64,000 nt of DNA, taken from contig JAHLWZ010000346.1 in the NCBI GenBank assembly GCA_020536535.1, positions 1 to 64,000 of the forward strand, written 5' to 3'. Both the position numbers and the translations under genes were made by a program. This document shows, piece by piece, positions 1 to 9,538 of this stretch (position 1 is the stretch's first letter; each line of letters starts with the position of its first letter). A model generated the notes under the pieces. It was not told the origin of the DNA and searched no databases. It worked only from the letters and a program-made list of their open reading frames with translations. This stretch comes from Pelomyxa schiedti (Eukaryota > Protista > Evosea).

Positions 1-224
1 ACCCAGTGCTCCCGCTGGTATTTGTGGGCGAAATTCCACCCGAGAACAAGCCGGGAAGGTTCACGTTGATCATGCTGAACGCAGTGAATGGAGACGAAGA
101 AGATGACGACAAAGAAGAAGAGGAAGAAGAACACGGAGAAAATGAGTGGGTGCAAAAGTCATCGCTGAGGACCCTTGGCACAACGACGGTGCACACGACG
201 TGGGAGATTGAGACTATTTGCTGA
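1..224 (+). CDS. Possible 3' end of an unknown gene with an acidic D/E tract (5'-truncated by window edge)
   Basis: Open frame from the window start to TGA at 222-224 with a DEEDDDKEEEEEE tract; no recognisable domain. Confidence 0.3.
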   Translation, partial: PVLPLVFVGEIPPENKPGRFTLIMLNAVNGDEEDDDKEEEEEEHGENEWVQKSSLRTLGTTTVHTTWEIETIC

Positions 225-447
225 ACAGAGAGGTACCGCCGTGGCAATTCTAAGTACACCCCACTCCCTCCTGTTGGTCGTGTAACTGCCTCGGTAGTCG
301 TCATCCAACGTTTCGCGTCGTGCTTTCCGGGAATGAATTCTTCGAAGAAGCACCCATGGGTGGCGGTAAAAGGCAAAGAAAAACATTGAGCCAGCAGCGC
401 TGTTTAGGGGTAAAAGCAGCTTTGGGGGGGGTGAAAAGTGCTCCAAA

Positions 448-471
448 TGGGGGAAAAGCGCTTTTCCCCCA
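448..471. repeat. Perfect 24-bp palindrome TGGGGGAAAAGCGCTTTTCCCCCA
   Basis: The sequence equals its own reverse complement. It lies among GGGG(T)AAAAG-like motifs (about 407-550), just 3' of the minus-strand transposase remnant. Confidence 0.85.
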
Positions 472-600
472 CCTGGCGCAGGTTCAAATTTTATTATTTC
501 TCCGAAACCCATCAAGTGATGGTAGAAGATTCGATCAGGGTAAAAAAAGTTCTTTTATTAGGAACTGAGGTGTTGAACAACACCACCCCGAACTTTAGCC

Positions 601-1583
601 TCACTCTGTATCGGATTCTTCTTCTGATACAGAGTCAGTGTCTAAGGTATCAGTGTCTGACTCAGGCTCAGGATTAAGTAAATATTCCACCCCATCGTCT
701 TCATACTCATCAGCAAGAAGTGGGTTGTTGTTGATGGGAAGAGGATGAAGGCTGACTGCTGTGCTTGAGGATAACTTTGCTCTTTTGGATGCCGCTTCAC
801 CAGTGCTATCTCGTTTTTTGGCTGCTTTTGCTTCTCGTTCATCCGCGATTTTTTTAAGCATGCCATAAAATCGCTGTCTCATCTCATAATCTTTGTCAAA
901 GTTCAGTTGGTGCAGNNNNNNNNNNNNNNNNNNNNNNNNNNNNNNNNNNNNNNNNNNNNNNNNNNNNNNNNNNNNNNNNNNNNNNNNNNNNNNNNNNNNN
1001 NNNNNNNNNNNNNNNCTTCACCAGTGCTATCTCGTTTTTTGGCTGCTTTTGCTTCTCGTTCATCCGCGATTTTTTTAAGCATGCCATAAAATCGCTGTCT
1101 CATCTCATAATCTTTGTCAAAGTTCAGTTGGTGCAGGCTGAAATAAACGTAAGTGCCAGAAAACAATATTGGAAAAGGTACCGGATGTGTTCATTTGTTA
1201 GCAAAATCATGATATCGATATCTGCATTCAAGTGGGCCTTTTTAAACTTGTAGGAGTGTAGTAAACAGCTCCATAGCATGCACATATGGCCAAAGAAGCA
1301 CTCCACCACAACCCTATCAAGTATCAGTATGAATTGGATTAAAGGGACACCTACCTTTTGCTTTTCAGGGCTGCCACAGTTTCTTCTGTATAAGGAGCTG
1401 GACCAGAGGTTGGCTTTGGCAACACAACCTTGTGCAACCTGGCAAACAGTGAGTACAATAATTTGCAAAATAAGGGGAAAAGAGTTACCCTGGGTGGTCC
1501 CCGAGGTAGCCACTGTCAAGAAGAACAGCCCATGTGGGATTCCCAGGAAAAAGAGTCCAATCGGCTGGCTTTTTGTGCAGAAG
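601..1583 (-). mobile_element. Degenerate DDE transposase remnant (PIF/Harbinger-like, DDE_Tnp_4-type C-terminus), broken by N gaps
   Basis: Minus-strand DRVVVECFFGHMCMLW...ILLTNEHIRY, then (frame change) DKDYEMRQRFYGMLKKIADEREAKAAKKR. This resembles the R-x-x-V-E-x-F-F-G...LTNxHI end of Harbinger-like transposases. Frameshifts and gaps are present and there are no introns. Confidence 0.5.
916..1015. other. 100-N scaffold gap
   Basis: Run of exactly 100 N; the flanks duplicate each other (about 796-915 recurs at about 1016-1135). Confidence 0.99.
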
Positions 1584-1683
1584 NNNNNNNNNNNNNNNNN
1601 NNNNNNNNNNNNNNNNNNNNNNNNNNNNNNNNNNNNNNNNNNNNNNNNNNNNNNNNNNNNNNNNNNNNNNNNNNNNNNNNNNN
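1584..1683. other. 100-N scaffold gap
   Basis: Run of exactly 100 N followed by a G homopolymer. Confidence 0.99.
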
Positions 1684-1877
1684 GGGGGGGGGGGGGGGGA
1701 TGAAACGAATCAAACACCACACCGTGTGCGGGAACATAGCGTCGCCCATGTCTAATAAACAGGTCCTAGTCCCGTGCCTCATAATAACTACAACAGCCAC
1801 CAGCTCCATCACAAGATCTTAATTTTTTGTTGTTGCGTTCCGTTGCTAAAGGAAAAAACCCATCACAGAGGTGACAT

Positions 1878-1966
1878 GGCTGACTAAAATAATCAACGGA
1901 CCGGAACGCTGTCATTTTCCTTGTCGTCACTCAGGGTCGGCGGTCTGGTGTTTTTTTTATTCAGCC
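1878..1966. mobile_element. 89-bp MITE, copy 1
   Basis: Imperfect terminal inverted repeats of about 25 bp (GGCTGA...GACCG / CGGTCT...TCAGCC), flanked by direct repeat ACAT (1874-1877 and 1967-1970). Near-identical to 3912-4000. Confidence 0.8.
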
Positions 1967-2058
1967 ACATGATTACCCTGCACCTGGAAAATGACCCGAA
2001 AGACGTGCAACGGTTAGAAATACAAACAAATTTAAATTAAAAAGGCACTAGGAAAAGG

Positions 2059-3334
2059 TCATAGACCCTGATACTGCACTGGTTGGTTGTTGTGGTTGTT
2101 GTCGTTTGTGAGTGTGATGGTTGGGTCATAGGACTGGGCTGGAATTGGGTGTATTGTGGGAATGCAGGAGTGCAACAAAAGAGCCTGTTGTACCTGGTCA
2201 TCAGGGTTCATTAGTGGAATCAGGGTGTTGGTCGCGGAGCCTATTTCCAACGCCTCATTAGCTTGCTGGTTGATTGTGCCGATGATAGCGGGTATGGGCA
2301 GGGGAAGGTATGTGGTGCATGTTGTTGGTGCGGTTGATATTGGTAGTGGAGTAATGGGGAGTGTTGCCGGGTTTGTTGCGGGGTCCAGGGGCTCTGGTAG
2401 TACTGATTGCTGTGTGGTGGATAATGTTGGATTTGCTGTTGTGAACGGTGGTTTAGAGGAGCAGCGGCACTTTGTAATTTCCACCCTAAAGTATTGTTCA
2501 TCATCTGTTGGGATGGAATATCATAGGCTGGCATACTCTGTCTGGGTTGCCGCATCACATACGTGCCGTTCCACAATCTCCATGGTTTGCTTCTCTGCAC
2601 GCTTCGATTTTCTCTTTGCTTTTTGCTTTCTTCCAGTTCCAGATTTTCGGGCTGCTTCTCTTGTCGCTTCACGAAGAGCAGTAAAGGCGGCCATAGGGTC
2701 TGGTGCTGCCAAAATTTTCTGCACTTCAGCTTTCCAAGGCTATGTGAAGTTTTAATTGGCTTTGCTTATGTTAATTGTTTGTAAACCTCTCGAGCAAAAT
2801 CTGATAGGTTCGACCACTGGTGTGCAACGGAGGTGAGAACTTCAGACTCTCTTGCCTGAGGATTCAAACGTTTCACCTCCTCTCGAACGGAAGCTCGTAC
2901 GGAATTAGCATACAGAAGGTACGGAGTCAGCCACTTCATGTTGTTCGGATTCCGTGTAGAGGTGGGTGTTTCACTTGTGACTGTTGTTGTGGATGTTGCA
3001 TCAGAAGATGGTTCAGTTGGCTGAGTATTTACAGGGGTTGGTCCAGTCACTGATTTTTTTGTATTTCTGCGTCGTTTGGCCTGCATAATTAACACTTAAC
3101 TTTTTTGCGCACAGGTGTTGGTTATTATTGTTATTATTTTAAATTCAGTATCTTTCACTGATAGGTACTGCGTTACATGAGGGTTTTAGTTTGCCCTGTG
3201 ATACGTGGCTTGTGATTTTTATATGTAATGAATGTAGCGATTAATACGGGACACACACAGAGGGCTGAGTTGGCTGATCCTCGGCACAACCACCACCAGC
3301 AGCGCTGCCAGATTCTTGTTTCGCCGTCGCAGTC

Positions 3335-3365
<31 letters not shown>

Positions 3366-3750
3366 GCTGCTGCTGCTGTTGCTGCTGTTGCTGCTGCTGC
3401 TGCCCTTGATGCTCCTGTTTATCGGGTTCCTTGACGTCGTGCTTGTGCTTCTGCCTGCGTGTGCTACGTCTCGGCTGTGGTTGTTCTTGTTGTTCTTCCA
3501 GTTGTGGTTTCGCCTGCCGCTGCTGTGGTTGTTTCTTCTGGTCGTCCTTGTGTTCCTGTTGGGCTTCACCGCCCATGTCACTCGTCGACAGGGAGGTCCC
3601 GTTGTGGTGGTCGTCGAGTGCCGATTGCTGGGCCACCGCCCCCGGCGCGGCTTGTTGCTGTTGCTGTTGCTGCTGTTGTTGTTGTTGGGAACTGGGCAAT
3701 TGCGTGTCCGCGGGAGCCAAGCTGACGTCCGCTGTACCGTCTCCCATCAT
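2059..3750 (-). CDS. Q/N-rich HMG-box DNA-binding protein (multi-exon)
   Basis: WLTPYLLYANSVRASVREE...SEVLTSVAHQWSNLSDFARE, spliced (GT at ...AGAG|GTTTAC, AG at ...CATAG|CCTTGG) to PWKAEVQKIL, forms an HMG box. Poly-Q first exon starts at ATG 3750; the last exon ends at 2059. Confidence 0.75.
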
Positions 3751-3911
3751 TTCGTGAAAAAAAAAAGACAGAGGACCGGGTAGCCGGGTGCCGACCAAAA
3801 CACACTTTCTCACGCGAGAGATACAGAAGGGGGGTTGGTACGCGGGTCCCAGTGGGACTGCTGACATGCTGATGAACCCCGAGAACTCCGCGAAGATTGT
3901 TGTCACTATTT

Positions 3912-4000
3912 GGCTGAATAAAATAATCAACAGACCGGAACGCTGTCATTTTCGTTGTCATCGCTCAGGATCGGCGGTCTGGTGTTTTTTTTATTCAGCC
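3912..4000. mobile_element. 89-bp MITE, copy 2
   Basis: Same terminal inverted repeats as copy 1, flanked by direct repeat ATTT (3908-3911 and 4001-4004). Confidence 0.8.
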
Positions 4001-4209
4001 ATTTGACAGGTGAAAACGTGTAGCACCACTGCACCTACTACACTACTGCCTGGAGCTGGCACCACATCAAGGACGAGTGTCCAAGCATTGTGAATTCTGA
4101 GCTGCAATTTGGGACGCACACTTTTAATTTTTTGGGTCAACATGCAATCAAATAGTCGTTTAACGGGGTATTAATAATTAACTATTAGGCGAACTAATGG
4201 CATAACTGG

Positions 4210-6162
4210 TCAGTCGGGACCGTCACTGGTGTTGGTGTCGTAGGCGATTGTTGGGGGCGGCTTGTTGTTGACCCAGAACTGATGGCCCCAGACCAGCTTG
4301 ATCACGGTGCACAGGAGCACGTTCCACGACACCCACACGCTGCCCAGGATGCTGAACCACACCTTGTCGTAGAGGTCGAGGAGGTCCGTGTCTATCAGCG
4401 CGCACGTAGCGTTCTCAACCACGATCAGGCCCAGCGTCGTGAAGGCGACGATGATGTAGAGCTGCGGGTGTGTGTGTGTGTGTGTGTGGGAGGGAGGGAG
4501 GGAGGGAGGGATTGTGTGTCAGTGGCGCGGGAAGGAATCGAATCAAGTGGACTGGCACACATCGATGATGGTCAAGTATGATATCCTGGGCAAATATGCT
4601 GATGTGGCTCCTTTGAACGCCACGGCCGTGAGCAGAAGAGTAAGTGATATGGACAGCCTGGTCTGTTTGGGTTTTAGTTTTTGGCTGTTATTGCTATCTG
4701 TTCACCTGCTGGTCAGTGGGGTCGATGCAGGCCGAAAGAAAGCCAAGGGATATTATGAAGAACAGGGGTGTCATCAGATTTCCAGCATAGAACCCGGACC
4801 GCCTCTCTGCTTCTGTTTGGATGCAAAACCCCTCTGCCTTGGTTGTGGGCTCAGGCCTGCATACATGCATATTTCATTCTGTAAGTGAATATATGTAACA
4901 CCAAATGGGAACATCACGCACAGTAGTTTTCTTATCTTGGGATTTTCTGGAAACCCAGTGACCCACTCCACTTCGTCACAGTCTCTCTCAGTGTATCCAA
5001 ACCCCTTGAACTCAAACGTCACTTTCTGAGACTGGGATTGAAAGTTAACAAACACGAAAAAGTTTTCACTCTGAGTGATTCTCACCTTCTGCTTGGTGGT
5101 GTCATGGCGCACAAGAACACGGAACAGGTGCTTGTCGAACGGAAAGTTACGCAGTGAGAAGTGGTCTTCGAACCTGCCAGCAAGAATGATGGTGTAAAAC
5201 AGGGTATCCTCTTTCCCTTTTTCCCCCACTGTGATGAACTCACTTCGTATGTCTGGCGGAAAGTGGTTAGTTGTTAGAGGGGTGCGACAGTTTGGCTGGC
5301 AGACCTGTTTGGGTTGCATTTTCAATAAACAAAACTGGCTTCCAGACTTTATCGACATCCAACTTCTGGCCAGTGAGTTGATCCAAGGGAGAAGACAGTG
5401 CGCTGGCAACACCAAGGCCACCGCCACCCATCGCGGTGCGGATTGCCTCGGGCAACGTGCTGGGAATGGCCAGCCCCTCCTTGCAGGAGCTAAACAGTAC
5501 CTTGTCCACATCCCCCATTCTCCAGCTCATCGTGATGACCAGGTGCAATCCGAAGTTGTGGTTGATCAAGTCCACGTCGAGCTTGGACACCTTCACCACG
5601 TCGATTCGGATTGGGATATTGGCCTGAGTCTGTGGAAGTGGTTCTCCGTTGAGCTGGGCTTTTATCAGATGCCTCTCCAAAGGGTTAGTAATGCCTGCTT
5701 GTTCCAGGATCGTGTTGTTGGTGCCCCTAAACTTTACATCAGAAACGGATGTTGTTGACGAATCATGGGGGCGCCACAGAGACAATAAAAGAAGAAGAGA
5801 TACTCACACATCAATGAGTTTTTTGAGGTCATATTTTTGCTTGAGAAGAGGGACGGTGTGCCTCTCCAGACCAAAGTCCCAACCGTCATCAATGTGTCTC
5901 AGCCATGCTCTCAACGCCAGATCTGGGACAAAAAACTCGTAAGCCTGCACCCCCTCTGTTGAATGTTACTACCTTTCGTTGTAGTCTCGGGGTCAATTTC
6001 AGGTTCACTTTCCTCCTCTGTGTGCATTATTAAATGTAAGCCATCGAACAGGAGAGAACTCAAACCTGTAGATGACGCAGCCCGTCGGCGATGATGAGTG
6101 GTGTGGTGGTGTGTGTGGCGGTGCCTGTGCCTCGTCTGGGAGTGCGCTTCGCTCTCTGACAT
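4210..6162 (-). CDS. Cys-less (Pro-loop) pentameric ligand-gated ion channel with N-terminal SAM-like domain
   Basis: Extracellular-domain motifs VWKPVLFIEN and GRFEDHFSLRNFPFDKHLF; pre-M1 RRSGFY; M1 LMTPLFFIISLGFLSACI; M2 RLSISLTLLLTAVAF; M2-M3 LPRISYLTIID; M3 LYIIVAFTTLGLIVVEN; M4 VWFSILGSVWVSWNVLL. Exons are joined by GT-AG introns; the 5' exon structure is uncertain. Confidence 0.85.
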
Positions 6163-6465
6163 TTTTTTTATTCTCTCTTTCGGGTAAAGTAAATTTTAAA
6201 ATTCAAAAAAAGCAAAGTTACTTGTTCCGTTTTTTATCTGACTTGCATTTCGGCCATAAAAGGACACAGTCCATCTGCTGCAGAAACACCCACTTGATAT
6301 CTGGGCACTTGCACATGATCTTCTGTTCTTTCGTGGAATAAGAATTACCGGAAACGTTATCGAAGAGCTTTTTTAAGGAAGGGAAAGGAACCCATTAAAA
6401 AATAAAAAAATAAAAACCCAAGAAGAGACAGAAAACACACAACAAACACATCCCACCTTGCAAAG

Positions 6466-6929
6466 ATGCAGGTCAGAATGAACATCCGCATCACGATGAG
6501 GGTCATGAACGGCTGTGGGGACTCTGTTCGAGATGGAATGAAGCGCTCTCTGATGGACTCACTCTACAAGCAGTCCGGTGGAAACATCGAGTCCGAGATG
6601 GGCGGCTGCGGCTTCAGGGAGAGCTTTCCCAACAACGGTTGGTCCGGGTTTGACTACATCATTAACGCTCCAATTGTGGTCAATGTCGAGTATGTTTCCC
6701 TTGACTTTAGCACCATTAACCAATTACCTTCAGCCGACTTGTGAAAAACACTGTGCCTGGCCCTTTTGCCCATTTCGGCTCCAAGTTCTTGTCCAATGTA
6801 ACAGGCTATGACCCAGTAGCGAAAATAATTCGGTCCCAGCTGGATGCAGCAATCAGACAGAACCTTGCCGAAGCTGACTGGACTGGCTTTGGTGCCAGTC
6901 TCAATGGGGTTGAGGTTACTCTTCGATGA
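6466..6929 (+). CDS. Small hypothetical protein (about 140 aa, 2 exons)
   Basis: ORF from ATG 6466 joins, via intron GA|GTATGT...CTTCAG|C, the frame RLVKNTVPGPF...GVEVTLR*. No family recognised. Confidence 0.6.
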
Positions 6930-7034
6930 AAATCCTGATATGCTGCTTGGGCCCTCCAGAAAGTTGTTTAAAGAAAGAAAAAAAAATCCCCATTTGCTGG
7001 CATTCCGTAGTACTTTGTTTTGCCGACGCGGGAA

Positions 7035-9423
7035 ATGAGCAACGAACAGCAACAAACACAGGCACAACAACCCCAACAGGCGCAGCAGATGGCGCGACAG
7101 GGTGTTACTGATGTAGCGCGCAAGGAGATGCTAAAGCAACTGCTGTGCGTGTGTGTGGGATGGACTTCGTGATGATGACATTTCTCTTTCCTCCCCTCCT
7201 CCTCCTTCCCGTCGCCCGCACCCCCGCTGTTTTTCCCTCTTTCCTCCTTTTTCTCTATCAACACGCGCACACACAGGCCACCACATCCAGATACGACGGT
7301 GACGGAGGTGCTTAAATTACTCGAAGTTGAAACTGCGAGGGCACACACGAACAACTTGGTGTGTATGTGTTGGCTAGTGTAATAGCCGCGCTTTGTGTGT
7401 GTGTGTGTGTGTGTTAATCCCATCACATTCAATTATTCAGTCTTTCAATCAGGATCACCCAACATTACATCGCACGCATTGTCGCTCCCCAAATAACCTT
7501 GGCGGAGTGTAAGTTTGAGAATCTAACACAACCTTCTTTTGATTGAGTGCAGGCGGCGTATCGGATTGCAATCTCGAATTCTCTCGAGGAGGCGTTGAGG
7601 AATCCAAACCACCAGAAGAATGCCGCTCTGAGTCTTCACACGCAACACTTTGAGCGCCAGATCGGCAACCTGCGGCAGTCAGCTCCTCAGAATACTGTGC
7701 TGCCGCCTCAGCAACTATTGACACAAAGGCCACAACCACTCTTACAAGGCAATCAACAACTTCAAGCGCCACAACAAATGCCACAAGCGTCATCACAGCA
7801 ACCACAACAAATGCAACAATTTACTGCAAACTTCATGCCAAAAATGCCTGCCAAGCCACAGGTTCTTCAGCAGCACGGAATGCCACAAGGTCCTCAGGTT
7901 CAACAGTCCATTTCACTTCAACCACAGATAGTATACATACAACCCCCCCAACAGCAGCAGCAATCATTAACTTCAAATGCCCCTGTTGGGAATATCAACA
8001 TCAACAACCCACAGTTAAACTCTCAGGCAAAATTTGTGGATTTAACCCCAGACGAATTTCCCAATAACCAACGAATTCCCCCGCAGCAAACACAACAACT
8101 GCAAGCCCAGTTACAGCAAGTCCCACAACAGCTGCAAGCATCTCAGTATCAGACAGCATTATCAGCACAACACCCGACAAGACAGTCGCCGGCACCCTCC
8201 CAAGTTGCACCACAATCCGCTCAAATGAGACCACAGAATATGGCACTTCCACAGCAGGCCCAACTTTTACAGTTGCAGCAGCAGCAGTTGCGGCACTATC
8301 AACAAATCCAATTGCAACAGCAACACATGCAGCCGCAACAACACCTGACCCAGCAGCAGGCACAGAATCAGCTGGGCGCCAATGCACGGTACGGCACACA
8401 GCCGATTTCTATTCCTCCCAACTCCACTCAACTTCAAGCCAGTGGTACCACACCTCCAATGTACATGCAACAGCAGCAAACAGCCCTCCCTCAGCAACCT
8501 CAGCTGCAACCACCTCAAGAAATACCATCTCAGGCCTTCCCACCGCAAATGTCAGTCAATGCACAACTTGCTCTTCAAACACAAACGCAATCTCATCAAT
8601 TGGGCAAATTAATGCCACAATTTCCTCCACAAACTCAACTTCCACTGGTGCAAACAAACACACCGCAAAAGGTGCCCCTAATTCCAGGACAATCACAGCA
8701 ACCCCAGAGAGTGTATGCTTACCCGTACCCGCCCTCACAAGGCGTGCCAAATATGCCCCAATTTCATCAACAGGCACAATTTACACACCAGCCGCAGACC
8801 TCAACCCAGTTGCAACAAGTGGGAGTCACTCACGTGATACGAAACACACCACTCGAAGCACCACCTGCAGCAACCCCCAATACCGCCACCATTGGGAACC
8901 TGTCAGGAATATTCGCCAGTCAGACAGGGCCCTCCGGCCCCCATGCGGCTGTCAAGAATTCTCCGGACTTCATGAGCACATCAATGGCGGACTCAGGGCC
9001 AGTAATGGTAACATCAACCGTGACAACGGCACCACCACCGCCAACACAACAGGCTCTTGTCATGATGTCACAAAACACGTCACTCCAACAAGCACCGGCA
9101 CCTATGAACTTCGATTCTCCCGAACTCACCAGTGCCAGTGGACCCGTATCTCGCCTTTCCGAACTCCTCACATCCTCTCAAGATGGTATTACTCCATTAT
9201 TCCCTGGTGATAAACTAACTTTGCAAATGTTACAGAGAAGCAAGAAGCGCAGAAGCTGGAATCGTTTACCCAGAAACTCGAGGTGATCACCCAAACATTT
9301 ACCCCGAGCTACCAAGAATACAAATACGGATGCTCTAAGTGCCTTCAAGAATTCGAAAAGCACTTCGCGCTCGCCAAGACCGCAAGCACAACGCACGACC
9401 CAGCCTCGATGCCCGTGGACTGA
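7035..9423 (+). CDS. Q/P-rich low-complexity protein (possible transcriptional co-regulator)
   Basis: ATG 7035 (MSNEQQQ), short 5' exons, and a 579-aa Q/P-rich ORF (7547-9286). A spliced last exon EKQEAQKLESF...MPVD* ends at 9423. Function is inferred from composition only. Confidence 0.7.
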
Positions 9424-9538
9424 TAGAAGGCACTTAGAGCAATGAGGAATCTGCTATCTGTAAAGTAAAAGCAAAGATACATGCTTTCTTGTAACTTGTT
9501 TACACCGGTCGGCAAAAACCTAAACTCTTTTGTTGGTG

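Noticed and set aside
796-1135. Direct duplication of about 120 bp either side of the first N gap
   Set aside because: Identical sequence flanking a fixed 100-N gap is most likely a scaffolding overlap artefact, not a tandem duplication.
3316-3783. Poly-Leu, poly-Cys and poly-Val ORFs here and at 8267-8548, 12515-13021 and 55155-55595
   Set aside because: They are antisense or shifted-frame shadows of CAG/CAA/ACG codon repeats in real genes.
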